The position numbers and the translations under genes were made by a program. This document shows, one piece after another, positions 21,806-32,322 of a DNA stretch of 32,809 nt (its first letter is position 1; each line of letters begins with the position of its first letter). The stretch spans positions 1 through 32,809 of the IMG/VR virus record IMGVR_UViG_3300012200_000012. One strand, 5' to 3'. Source of the DNA: a virus. Taxonomy: Duplodnaviria; Caudoviricetes. Under the pieces are notes generated by a model. It saw only the letters and a program-made list of their open reading frames with translations. It made no database searches and was not told where the DNA came from.

Positions 21806-24111
21806 TGCCGCAGCAAGTACTCACTAGTACAGAAAATAATTTTACTAAAGGTTTAATAACTGAATTCACTGGTCTTAACTTTCCGGAGAATGCAGCCACT
21901 GCTACTGATAATACTACTTATACTCTTGTTGGCGATGTTATTAGGAGAGAGGGAATTGATAATGAGATCAATGGTGTAAATAATGTCATATCAAATACTG
22001 GAGTAGCTATCTCATCTTATAAATGGAATAACTCTGGGGGTGACGCTGTAACTCAGATTGTAGTTACGCAAGTAGGGAATACTCTTAATTTTTATCAATC
22101 AAGTGCAGCTACGGTTGCAGCTCCACTTTCTACTCAGAAATTAATCTCAACTGTAACTTTAACTGCATTCATACCTTTTGGTAGTACTAATAATCCTAGT
22201 ACTTTAGAATGTCAGTATGCAGAAGGCAATGGTTATCTATTTGTCTTCCATCCTTATTTAGAACCATTCTACTGTAAGAATATTAATGGTGTTATTACAG
22301 CTAATATAATAATACTTAAGTTTAGAGATTTTACAGGTGTTATCGAATCAGGTATTCCTGATAATCAGCGTCCACCTTCTTTAACTCCAATTCATGCATA
22401 CAATTTATTAAATCAAGGTTGGGGACATTATTGGTCTGCTACTTCTTCAAATGCAGCTACAATTGGAGCTCCAACTAATTTTACTTGGACGGTCCAAGCT
22501 AATCTTCCTTTAGAAGTTGGTAATCAAATATTAGTTCAGGAAGCTGGTGCTACTGCTAGTATGACGGGCGTAGTTACTGCTTACGCTGGAACTACTTTAT
22601 CTTGGACTTCAGTTTCTTTTGCAGGGAGTGGTAGCTTTTCAAGTTGGAGTTTAAGTCCGACTGATGGTTATATTTCTACGTGGGCTGCACAGATAGGTAA
22701 TCTACCTTCTAATTCAGATGTGTGGTGGAATTATAGAAATACTTCTAATGTATTTAGTCCAGGTACACTTATTAATACTATTTCAGCTACTTCAGGTCCA
22801 GCTTCTAAAGGACATTTTATACTTCCTTTATTTAATCAAACTAGAGCTACTTTAGCTTTTGGCTCAAGTCAAGTTTCAGTTCCAGATAGCGTTACTAATA
22901 TAAGACCTAAGACTGGAACATGGTTTCAAGGTCGTGTTTGGTATACTGGGATAGATGCTAATTTCTCCAGTCTTATTACTCCTTACACTTGGACAGAGAA
23001 GATTTATTTCTCCCAGATTATTCAAAGCGATAATCAAATTGGTAATTGTTTTCAGACAAATGATCCAACCAGCTCCCAAATATTTGACTTACTTCCTAGT
23101 GATGGTGGTGTAATATCTATACCTGGCAGTGGAAGTATTTATAAATTATTTCCTCTGCAGAATGCTATGATTGTCTTCGCAGCTAATGGAGTGTGGTATA
23201 TTACAGGAAGTTCAGGTATAGGCTTCACAGCTACTGATTATACAATAGTAAAACTGTCTTCTGTAAGAAGTATATCAACTACATCTTTTGTAGATGTACA
23301 AGGACTTCCCATATTCTGGAATGAAGAAGGCATCTATCAAGTAGAAGCTGCCAAACAAGGTACATCTCTACTTAATACTCCTTTGCATGTTAATCCTTTG
23401 GAAGTAGTTCCTATAACTTTAGGAACCATTCTTTCTCTTTATAATACTATTCCAATTCAAAGTAAGAAATATGCTAGAGGTGCATATGATCCCATTGAGT
23501 ACGTTGTACAATGGGTATACAGGGATACTGTAGAAACAGATATAACTAGTAGATATACTTATAATAAGATACTAAATTATAATACGGCTAACAAGGCTTT
23601 TTACACACATACTATAAGTACTACACCCAGGATAAGTAGTATTGTATATGTCTCTGGACCTGGAGGTTTACCTACTCCTCCCCCGCAAAATAAGTATTTG
23701 TGTTGTAGTGGTAACAATGTATTCTTTGCGGATGAACATGACTCTAACTTCGTAGATTGGGCTTCTATCCAGAGCACTAATTATATCTCTACATTTACCA
23801 CTGGATATAAACTTCACGGTCAAGCTTCCAGACGTTTCCAAGTACCATACATCTATGTCTATTCTAGATTAGAACAGCCCGTATCCTATTACATTCAAAG
23901 TCTATGGGACTATCCTTTGAATGCTGATTCGGGCAGATGGAGCACTAATCAATTAATAAATATTAATAGTCCTAACTTTGGCATAGCATTTCGAAGACAT
24001 CGATTAAGAGGATGGGGTTTGGTATTACAAATTAAAATAACTTCAGTAGATGGACAACCATTTGATATTATGGGCTGGTCTCTCTATGAAACTGCTAATC
24101 AGGGCGTATAA
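21805..24111 (+). CDS. Tail tubular protein B (nozzle, T7 gp12/P22 gp10-like) with an inserted beta-domain, 768 aa
   Basis: NNFTKGLITE N-terminus, FQGRVWY...IYFSQ, DGGVISI...LFPLQNAMIVFAANGVWYI beta-propeller motifs, RLRGWG.. C-terminus. Confidence 0.85.
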   Translation: MPQQVLTSTENNFTKGLITEFTGLNFPENAATATDNTTYTLVGDVIRREGIDNEINGVNNVISNTGVAISSYKWNNSGGDAVTQIVVTQVGNTLNFYQSSAATVAAPLSTQKLISTVTLTAFIPFGSTNNPSTLECQYAEGNGYLFVFHPYLEPFYCKNINGVITANIIILKFRDFTGVIESGIPDNQRPPSLTPIHAYNLLNQGWGHYWSATSSNAATIGAPTNFTWTVQANLPLEVGNQILVQEAGATASMTGVVTAYAGTTLSWTSVSFAGSGSFSSWSLSPTDGYISTWAAQIGNLPSNSDVWWNYRNTSNVFSPGTLINTISATSGPASKGHFILPLFNQTRATLAFGSSQVSVPDSVTNIRPKTGTWFQGRVWYTGIDANFSSLITPYTWTEKIYFSQIIQSDNQIGNCFQTNDPTSSQIFDLLPSDGGVISIPGSGSIYKLFPLQNAMIVFAANGVWYITGSSGIGFTATDYTIVKLSSVRSISTTSFVDVQGLPIFWNEEGIYQVEAAKQGTSLLNTPLHVNPLEVVPITLGTILSLYNTIPIQSKKYARGAYDPIEYVVQWVYRDTVETDITSRYTYNKILNYNTANKAFYTHTISTTPRISSIVYVSGPGGLPTPPPQNKYLCCSGNNVFFADEHDSNFVDWASIQSTNYISTFTTGYKLHGQASRRFQVPYIYVYSRLEQPVSYYIQSLWDYPLNADSGRWSTNQLININSPNFGIAFRRHRLRGWGLVLQIKITSVDGQPFDIMGWSLYETANQGV

Positions 24112-24767
24112 TGGATCCAATTTCAATCGGTTTAGGTCTTGCTGGCTTAGGTTTAAAACTCTTTGGGGGTGTGGGTCAAGCTGATGTATCTAAACAACAG
24201 GCTCAGTTAAGTGCTCAGCAATATCAAATAAGTGCACAGCAGCAAGATATAAGTGCTCAGGTTGCTGGGGTTAGTGGACAGATCGCTGGTAACGAACAAC
24301 AAGTTCAAGCTCAGAAACAACAACAAACACAGTTAGAATATATGCGTGCTAGTCTACAGAATTTTCGTAATACTCAGCAAGCTCAAGCTAGAAACTTAGT
24401 CGGAGCTACTGCAGGAGGTTCTCAATATGGTTCTGGATTACAAGGCGGACAGGCTGCAGCTTCAGCTCAAGGTGGTGTCAATGAATTAGGGCTTAGCCAG
24501 AACTTCGGTATCAGTCAGAATATCTTTGGCTTAGATACAGATATCAGTAATAAGAGAATTCAGATTGCTGGATTACAAAGTGAGTCTGCTCTGTTTGGTG
24601 CACAATCAGCTAGACTTGGTGCGCAATCTTCTCGATTAGGAGGATCGGCTGCTACTTATCAAGGTCTTTCTTCTCTCGGTGGTGCTGCGCTGTCAACGGG
24701 CCCAATTATCGGAGCAGCTTATAAAAATGTAAGTAGTAATCTTGGATTTGCAGGGCCTTATATTTAA
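24111..24767 (+). CDS. Internal virion (ejection) protein, gp14-like, 218 aa
   Basis: MDPISIGLGLAGLGL hydrophobic N-terminus, Gln/Ala/Gly/Ser-rich helices, follows the nozzle gene. Confidence 0.75.
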   Translation: MDPISIGLGLAGLGLKLFGGVGQADVSKQQAQLSAQQYQISAQQQDISAQVAGVSGQIAGNEQQVQAQKQQQTQLEYMRASLQNFRNTQQAQARNLVGATAGGSQYGSGLQGGQAAASAQGGVNELGLSQNFGISQNIFGLDTDISNKRIQIAGLQSESALFGAQSARLGAQSSRLGGSAATYQGLSSLGGAALSTGPIIGAAYKNVSSNLGFAGPYI

Positions 24768-27700
24768 TGGCACAATTAGATCCTAATCTTATTATAGATA
24801 ACCAAGACCCTGTGCCATCGCCTCAGGCAACACCGGGTCCTATTTCTATTACCGAGCCTGATGCTCCAGAACAGAATCAAATTAGTCTGGCTCCTTTAGA
24901 CGCTAGTCCAGCCAATCCTCCGCCACAGCCGATAGCTAAACAACGGGCAGACAAGTTTAATTATACCTTTGGTAACAGTGGGGTAATGGATTCTGCTCAA
25001 GTCTACATGCGTATTCTACGGGGTGAAGAACCAGGGATACGCGAAGAGTTCTCTGCCTACTTAGATCAACAGAAAGTTCAGCAGAAGCAACAGATGTTGC
25101 TGGATGCTGCTCGACAAAAAGGAACTGGTTTAGACTATACTGATGTCAGAAAGATCTTAGATCCTTTCAATCCTGCTAACAAACCTAGTGATCCTACTTC
25201 AGTATTAGAAGAGAATTATGGTAGAACTTATATAGGTTCTATTCATGAAGCTGCAGCTGCTATGAAGGATACTGTATTAGATCGAGCCGTCAAAGATATC
25301 CCAGAACAAGTACAACCTTTAATAGATAAGGGAAGTGCTGTTGTTTCTAAGATGGAATATGCGCGTACTTGGCAAGATAATTTAGGTCAGGAAGTACATG
25401 AACAAGGTTGGCTGCCTTATCTAGCTGACCAAGCTAAAAGCTTAACTCAAATTTATCCTGAGGCCAAGATGAGGGGTCTAGTTCCAGAAGCTGGTGGCAC
25501 TCTCGGTGCCGGTCTCCTGCTGGGGAATAACTTAAAGGCACAAGCTGATGCCCTATTACGGATACCTGACTTCGAGACTTTCAAGCTACGCGTCGATGGG
25601 GTCCTCAATCCTTTACGCCAAAATAATCCTTCTCTGGCTAAACAGTTTGCTGATTATTTGGTTGGTACTACTTCTGCTCAGCGGTTCCTTGATAGTGCCT
25701 TCACAGCATTGGCTCCAGTAGACATTGCTACTGGTTTAAAAGGCGGTCTTACTCTAGCTCGTAATATCTCTGTTTGGAATAGAACCAATCAGGCTATGAA
25801 GAATATCGTAGAGTCGGCTGTACAAGCAGGTAAAGATATTCCCATTAAAGCTGCGGCTGCTGAAGGCGCTGGCAATACAGTTGAGGCCGGGGTAATCAGA
25901 ACTGCGGATAAAGTAAATAAAACTCTCAATGGTACAACTGATTTCTTCCAAGAGATGGTGGATAAGCTACCGTCTAACTTTAGATTAGACTTAGATAACC
26001 TAGCCAGGGACTATGATTATTCTCGTCCGGGTGCACTAAGCAGAGAGCAGATGACTCGTCTTCAAGATGGGTTTCTTAAATCTGCTGATACTATTTTACA
26101 GACTGCAATTACTGCAGCTAGAGTTAATCGAACTCCTATTCCCTTGGAAATGGAGAATGCGCTACGAGCTTATGGAGCAGCCATTCCAAGTAAGTTTCCC
26201 GGTTTGGAAGGAGCCATCTTAGATTTTACTTCGCCGATACGTGAGCCTCTCACCAATACTTGGCATACTGAAGTTCATCTAGGTAATATTGATGGTAGTC
26301 TATTCTCCAATGAGAATGTAGCTAGAACTTTTGTTGAGGATACTGGATTAGGCGGAGCTAAGATAGTTCCAACTGAAGGTCGAGTCCAAACTATTCCAGA
26401 GCGACTGGTTGGCAGTAAGACTGATATAGCTACTAAGAATAGATTGGAGAAGTCTATTCCTGAAACTGAAGCTGCCTTAAAACAATATATAGCTAGGGCT
26501 AGAGTTGCTAAGACTGCTGAAGAGAAGGCTGAGATCTTATCTCATGTCAGTGGCGAAGATGGCATAAGAGCTTTGCTTAAGAGGGATAAGGAAACTCTCA
26601 AAGTAGTTAATACTAGGATTGCTAAAGCTCCTGCAGTAGTCGAACAACAAGGTCTTGGTTATAAGGTTGTGGTTGTTAAGCCATACATTGAGACTGATGA
26701 TCTAGTTCGTAACTATATGATTGAAAGAAATGCTGAAGGTCTGTTCACAGGAGCGGGTGCCAGCAATGTCTCTACTTCTAAGAATCCAATACTTGCTTGG
26801 GCAAGTAAGTGGCGAGGTGCCGATGACACCCTGGCTTTGAATGATTCTATTCAACGCAAGGTCGCAGTATATTCCCAGAACTTATTTAAACAGTGGGCTA
26901 AAGATGAGCAATCTAAGATCGAGGCAATTGCAACAGGCTATTATAAGAATGATCCTATTACTGGTGTCAGTATTGGTTATTGGAGCGCTAAGCCTAGAGC
27001 TATTGCTAACAAAGTCTCACTAAAGCAACGTCAAGTTTGGAAACAGTTTACAGATACTCTGGACTATGCCCGTAAGGCTACTGATCCAGATACACTAGAA
27101 CGAGGTTACTTCTTTAAGACTCCCGGTGAGTTAGAAGATCACTATCTTAGATACTACAATCGTCCCCCTAGTTTCCCAGAAGTAGAAGCTTACTTCGCTC
27201 ATGTTAAATTAACTGAGGGTAATAGAATATTCTCTGAGATAGCTGAGTTCCGTAATCGTGCACGTATTGGTACTGAACAGCACCAGATCTCTGTGCTAGG
27301 CCCTGGCAGGACTAAAGCTTCATCTGTTTCTGGATACTTCGATGGTATTCAAGAGAAGACAATGCCGCATGGTAAAGATAATATCTTAATCATGGGGGCT
27401 CGCAAGGGAGATGAGAAGCTATATAATCTACAGAGTCGTGCACTTAACCCACAGATCTGGGAGAAGCTAGATAAGGATGTTAGTTCTGGTGCTCGTAGAG
27501 TAATTAGAATTTATAATCCTGATGAATACCCACTCAAGAATTTCAGTGATGTTGCAGGTGCAGAACGAATTAGATATGTCTTAACTGATAGAGTTGAGAC
27601 TAAGCCGCTTGATTTCAATCATGTGACGAGACGCGGTGGCGGTCACTTCGAATATGATTATGAGCATTACATCAAGCAAGCTCAGATTATTCCTGAACGA

Positions 27701-30151
27701 GCTGGCTCGGTAGCTAACGACAAACGTACTAAGTACAATGATCTCTACACTGGAGATCAGACAGTAATGCCAATAGACAATAGAGCTAAAGGCAGAGATA
27801 TTGCTAGACGTATGGATGCTGTCCGAGTCTTGATTAGAGATAATAGATTAGAGGAAGCTCAGGCTCTTGCTGAGAGGACACTTCCCATTGATTGGGATAA
27901 GTTCCACGGTTGGTTTAATCCTACCAGAGATCCTCAAGGTAATATTCTTCCGCCCCGTCTAAGTAAGACTGAACCATTCTATGTTGTTCCTAAGAATAGA
28001 AAGATCTATGATATAGATAAATCTCTAGAGCAACGTTATCCTGGTACATTCAGAGATGGAACTCGTGAAGGGTCTGATGCTGCTCAGAATAGAGTAGCCT
28101 TTAATTTGCAGAGAGATGCTGATGAGGTAGGTACTATTACCGGCGGCAGGGATAGTTCACTGTGGAAGTATGAACCGGCCAAGATGGTTGATCCTATTCC
28201 AACTATGAACCGTGCTCTCAATAGAGCAATCAATAGTACCTATATGGATGACTATAAGATCTTCGCCGTTGAGCATTGGCTCCGCGAAGCAGCGCCATTC
28301 CTAAAAGAAGATGAGTCTTCTCTTAGAGCCTCACCATTCTGGAACTTCAATCTAGCTAGGGATGAGACAGCCTTTAAAGCTGGAGCTCCTCATGATGTAG
28401 TACAAAAGCTACTCGCTAATAGAATGAAGATTAATCAATTCGTTGGGGTGCCTAATACCTTTGATACTTGGGTTCATAGCATTACCCAACATCTAGCTGA
28501 TACTGCTTATGAGAGGGGAGGGTTAACTGAGAAGGCTGCCATCATCCCGCTGTGGGCATTGAGCCATGTTCATGATCCTGTTAGACTATTAAGGTCTTTT
28601 GCTTTCAACGCTAAGCTAGGTATATTTAATCCAGCTCAGATCTTAGTGCAGATGCAAACTTATTCGAATATTGTGGGTATAGCCGGATTCAGGCATGGTG
28701 CCGGTGGCACTGCTGGAGCATTCTTACACGGCTGGGGCAATATCAATAAGACTCCCGAGTTCCTGGTTAAGCTGGATGAGATGGCTTCACATCTAGGCTA
28801 CGGTAAAGTTGGCGACTGGCTTGAGGCTAATAAACTTTTGAGAGAGACTGGCTTTGAACATGTCGCTGGTGAGTATGCCATGCGAGATAATGTTCAACAT
28901 AGTTTTATAGGTAATGATTGGGGTAATTTCTTAAATGCAGGACAAGCCTTCTTTAGAGCTGGCGAACGTTCGGTTAGACTCGGAGCTTGGTACACGGCCT
29001 ATCGGGAATTTCGTGAGATACATCCAACTGGAGCAGTCACTGCTACTCAAAGAGCAGAGCTTCTTCAAAGGGCCGATCTTCTTAGTGCTAATATGTCTCG
29101 GGCTTCTAGCTCTCAGTTACACACTGGTGTCTTGGGACTTACTACTCAATTTCTTACTTACCAACTAAGACTGTCCGAACTCTTCTTAGGCAATAGAATA
29201 AGCGGAATAGCTAGGACTAGGATGGCAGCCATCTACGCTGGCCTTTATGGTCTACCTATTGCCACAGGCCTCACAGGCTTCCCACTCTACGATGTTTGGC
29301 GTAAGGAAGCCATTGATCGTGGTTATGTGATGGGCAATAACTGGTTTACTTCTGCAGTAATGGAAGGGCTGCCTGCGACTCTATTAGCCTTGGCTACTGG
29401 TAAAGGTGACATGGAGAAAGGTAACTTCTATAACATTGGTCCTCGCTATGGTATCCAAGGTTTCAATCAATTCTGGTCTGACAATGTCTGGTGGAAGATC
29501 ATGGGTGGCGCTTCAGTAAGCATCTTCGCTAATACAATTAACAATACCAGTCCGCTAGCTCTATCTATTATAGCAGGCATTAGAGGCAATCCTAAAGAGA
29601 TGGACCATCCTTTCAAAGTAGAAGATGCTCTGGATATCTTTAAGGAAGTATCTAGTATCAATGCGTCTTGGCAAGTACTAACTGCTATGAATACTGGCAG
29701 ATGGTTATCTAAGAATGAAGGCTATCAGGGTCAAGTTAGTACTTTGAATGCTTTATTCCAAGGTGCTACTGGTCTACATAATCAGAAGGATGATGATGCT
29801 TATCAGATAACTAATATTCGTAAAGCCGAGGAGGAGTATCAGAAGTATACCGAGAAGATGGTTATCAAAGAGATTAGACGTGGTCTACAAGATTCTTCTA
29901 ATTTAGATCAGAACCAAGCTAATGAATATATGCGCCGTGCCTTCGGTAGAATGGAATGGGCCGGTATGCCATTAGAAATGCGGGCAGATGTTATAGCTAA
30001 AGCTATGAATGGCTATGAAACTCAGGCTGATCAAGTCAATCAATACTTCGCAACTTCTAAAGTTCCAGTCAAGAAATGGTTCCAAGGTGATATCCCAGCT
30101 ACCCGTACTGAACAATATAGAACTAAATTACTACAGGAAAATAAACCGTAA
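24767..30151 (+). CDS. Large internal virion (ejection) protein, 1794 aa
   Basis: Position, size and helical character; C-terminal region with TTQFLTYQ and hydrophobic helices as in podoviral ejection proteins. Confidence 0.7.
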   Translation: MAQLDPNLIIDNQDPVPSPQATPGPISITEPDAPEQNQISLAPLDASPANPPPQPIAKQRADKFNYTFGNSGVMDSAQVYMRILRGEEPGIREEFSAYLDQQKVQQKQQMLLDAARQKGTGLDYTDVRKILDPFNPANKPSDPTSVLEENYGRTYIGSIHEAAAAMKDTVLDRAVKDIPEQVQPLIDKGSAVVSKMEYARTWQDNLGQEVHEQGWLPYLADQAKSLTQIYPEAKMRGLVPEAGGTLGAGLLLGNNLKAQADALLRIPDFETFKLRVDGVLNPLRQNNPSLAKQFADYLVGTTSAQRFLDSAFTALAPVDIATGLKGGLTLARNISVWNRTNQAMKNIVESAVQAGKDIPIKAAAAEGAGNTVEAGVIRTADKVNKTLNGTTDFFQEMVDKLPSNFRLDLDNLARDYDYSRPGALSREQMTRLQDGFLKSADTILQTAITAARVNRTPIPLEMENALRAYGAAIPSKFPGLEGAILDFTSPIREPLTNTWHTEVHLGNIDGSLFSNENVARTFVEDTGLGGAKIVPTEGRVQTIPERLVGSKTDIATKNRLEKSIPETEAALKQYIARARVAKTAEEKAEILSHVSGEDGIRALLKRDKETLKVVNTRIAKAPAVVEQQGLGYKVVVVKPYIETDDLVRNYMIERNAEGLFTGAGASNVSTSKNPILAWASKWRGADDTLALNDSIQRKVAVYSQNLFKQWAKDEQSKIEAIATGYYKNDPITGVSIGYWSAKPRAIANKVSLKQRQVWKQFTDTLDYARKATDPDTLERGYFFKTPGELEDHYLRYYNRPPSFPEVEAYFAHVKLTEGNRIFSEIAEFRNRARIGTEQHQISVLGPGRTKASSVSGYFDGIQEKTMPHGKDNILIMGARKGDEKLYNLQSRALNPQIWEKLDKDVSSGARRVIRIYNPDEYPLKNFSDVAGAERIRYVLTDRVETKPLDFNHVTRRGGGHFEYDYEHYIKQAQIIPERAGSVANDKRTKYNDLYTGDQTVMPIDNRAKGRDIARRMDAVRVLIRDNRLEEAQALAERTLPIDWDKFHGWFNPTRDPQGNILPPRLSKTEPFYVVPKNRKIYDIDKSLEQRYPGTFRDGTREGSDAAQNRVAFNLQRDADEVGTITGGRDSSLWKYEPAKMVDPIPTMNRALNRAINSTYMDDYKIFAVEHWLREAAPFLKEDESSLRASPFWNFNLARDETAFKAGAPHDVVQKLLANRMKINQFVGVPNTFDTWVHSITQHLADTAYERGGLTEKAAIIPLWALSHVHDPVRLLRSFAFNAKLGIFNPAQILVQMQTYSNIVGIAGFRHGAGGTAGAFLHGWGNINKTPEFLVKLDEMASHLGYGKVGDWLEANKLLRETGFEHVAGEYAMRDNVQHSFIGNDWGNFLNAGQAFFRAGERSVRLGAWYTAYREFREIHPTGAVTATQRAELLQRADLLSANMSRASSSQLHTGVLGLTTQFLTYQLRLSELFLGNRISGIARTRMAAIYAGLYGLPIATGLTGFPLYDVWRKEAIDRGYVMGNNWFTSAVMEGLPATLLALATGKGDMEKGNFYNIGPRYGIQGFNQFWSDNVWWKIMGGASVSIFANTINNTSPLALSIIAGIRGNPKEMDHPFKVEDALDIFKEVSSINASWQVLTAMNTGRWLSKNEGYQGQVSTLNALFQGATGLHNQKDDDAYQITNIRKAEEEYQKYTEKMVIKEIRRGLQDSSNLDQNQANEYMRRAFGRMEWAGMPLEMRADVIAKAMNGYETQADQVNQYFATSKVPVKKWFQGDIPATRTEQYRTKLLQENKP

Positions 30152-32322
30152 TGGCTTCCTTTGACATTCAACCGCCGCAGATAAATCCTCCGGATTGGAC
30201 TAGAGTATCTCGTCCTATTCAACAACCTGAGTCTATTCAAACTAAGCTTAAAGATACTATTACACCTGATAAATCTGCTGGTTTAGCTTTAGAAACATTG
30301 GCAGGTGGAATTGAGTCAGCGGCTAAGTTATACGATACTTCTGAAAAGTCTTATCTCAAAGATAAAGTTACCGAGGGTGTTGATAAGTTAAGAGATGATT
30401 ATACTAATGCCTATTTAAATATCCGTAATCAACAGCAAGGTTTAATCCCAGCTCAACCACAGACATTAGCTCAAGCAGAGACTCCTCCAGTTCCTGGGGG
30501 TCTACAATCCGGTTTAGATAGAGCTACTCAATTAGGTATTGCGCAGGCTCAGAATATGGGCCATGTTAATGATACCCTGTATACCATGAATCTTAATTCT
30601 CTGGCTAAGCAACTCCGTGCTCAATACCCAGGTTATAAAGATTACATTGATGATACCATTAAGAATGTCAGTGGAGTTGATCCTGCCAATGCAGTGATGC
30701 GTAATCTATTAGAAGATATCAATCGCAATGCTACCAATGCTAAATCTGAGCACGATAAAACTACTGCAATGTTACGGGATGCTGTGACTAGTGGTATACC
30801 TAATTCCCCTGTGATGATGGCTCTGTGGAATGCAAATAAGATTACTCCAGATCAGGCCAATGCTTACATCTATAAATATTCTGCCGCAGATTGGCAGCGT
30901 AAGCAAGAGATGGCCGAACGGGCCAACGATCAAGGTAGATTATCTGACATACAAATTAAGGCTGAACAATCCTTTGTCAAGAATCTAGCTAGCGATGTTC
31001 AGTCTGCTATTGATATAACTCATATAGCAGGTGGCACTCAGACCGCCCAAGGTCTAGTTGATGTAATTACTAAAGCTAATGCCGAAGGAAGTAAAGTAGA
31101 TCCTATTAAACTTGAACAAGGTCTGATGGGACTTACTGCACTTCGTACTAATTTAATTGCTGGTGCAATACGTAAAGCTAATGACCAGGATGCCAATGGG
31201 CAAACAACGGTAGGTTTAATTACTTCTGAAAAGGTTAAGAATCATATTGCCGAGCAAATTAGACCCCTAGATGAATATATTAAATATATCTCGGATGAGA
31301 AGCTAGGCTTTGCTCATACTGCGCTACGTCAGGCTACTGCTGTAAGTGAGCAGGATAGTCGTGATTTGCTATTCCACAAGGATGTTGGTAATCAGATGAG
31401 AGTAATCCAGTCTGTGGCTAAGATAGCTCCACAGTGGGGAGATGCCATGTATAAGGCAGGTCTCCTAACTAATCTAGATAAGAAATTAATACCGTTATAC
31501 CAAGAAGGTTTAGGTAGGGCTGTTACTCAGACCGATCCACTTAATCCAGCTAGTGAAAAGGAAGATATCCAGAGAGCTAAGGCCAATGGTCTTAAGCCTG
31601 AATCTAGAATGTTTGATAACTATCTAATGATTCCGAAGATTATCGCTGATCCTAAAGCTCCCGATGATGTCAAGCTTAATGTAGCTAAGTATGCCTTCGG
31701 CCCTAAGAACTGGGGATTGATGGATGAACTTAAGATGGATTATACTAATTTGAAAGGACAGTATGTTCCAGGTAAGTACTCTGCTTATGATCGTATGTTA
31801 TCTACTGATATTGTCGATAGTATGTGGAAGCTTCGACAGCAAGGTGGCGAGGGTAAAGTAGCTTGGGATAATATGAAGCAGTGGGGAGAGAATGAATTTC
31901 CAGTTCTATTCCGAGAAGATCTGCATAATATATCTAATGCTAATGCAACATATCAATATGCTCCAACACCTACTGCGGCATTAGGAGATAAGGCTCCCTT
32001 ACCCAAGAAGTTTGAAGTTCATTGGGATAATGAACACAATAAATTCTTAGAACTTCCACTTAATCCCAGTGCAATATTAGATTCAAATGTCTATGGTCGT
32101 AATGTTAATGCTATTATACGACGTGTTAACGGTGCGTTAGATCAACTAAGTAATGTTCAATCTAAGGAAGGCGGTAATACTAGTGCCTATGTTCTAAGTG
32201 TATTACACAATGCTGATCCTGCTCTACAATCTATTACTCAACCAATGATGAAAGCTATTATATCTTCTCATGACAAGTCTCTGCAGAAGTTAGAAGATAC
32301 TTTTAATAAGAGTACGAAGTAA
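30151..32322 (+). CDS. Putative internal virion protein, 723 aa
   Basis: Helical with Pro-rich N-terminus; TAATG-coupled within the ejection-protein cluster. Confidence 0.65.
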   Translation: MASFDIQPPQINPPDWTRVSRPIQQPESIQTKLKDTITPDKSAGLALETLAGGIESAAKLYDTSEKSYLKDKVTEGVDKLRDDYTNAYLNIRNQQQGLIPAQPQTLAQAETPPVPGGLQSGLDRATQLGIAQAQNMGHVNDTLYTMNLNSLAKQLRAQYPGYKDYIDDTIKNVSGVDPANAVMRNLLEDINRNATNAKSEHDKTTAMLRDAVTSGIPNSPVMMALWNANKITPDQANAYIYKYSAADWQRKQEMAERANDQGRLSDIQIKAEQSFVKNLASDVQSAIDITHIAGGTQTAQGLVDVITKANAEGSKVDPIKLEQGLMGLTALRTNLIAGAIRKANDQDANGQTTVGLITSEKVKNHIAEQIRPLDEYIKYISDEKLGFAHTALRQATAVSEQDSRDLLFHKDVGNQMRVIQSVAKIAPQWGDAMYKAGLLTNLDKKLIPLYQEGLGRAVTQTDPLNPASEKEDIQRAKANGLKPESRMFDNYLMIPKIIADPKAPDDVKLNVAKYAFGPKNWGLMDELKMDYTNLKGQYVPGKYSAYDRMLSTDIVDSMWKLRQQGGEGKVAWDNMKQWGENEFPVLFREDLHNISNANATYQYAPTPTAALGDKAPLPKKFEVHWDNEHNKFLELPLNPSAILDSNVYGRNVNAIIRRVNGALDQLSNVQSKEGGNTSAYVLSVLHNADPALQSITQPMMKAIISSHDKSLQKLEDTFNKSTK

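Noticed and set aside
24767-30151. Virion RNA polymerase or lytic transglycosylase within the 1794-aa protein
   Set aside because: I could not recognise a DxDGD or other polymerase motif, nor an SLT/lysozyme motif. HHpred would be needed to exclude divergent domains.
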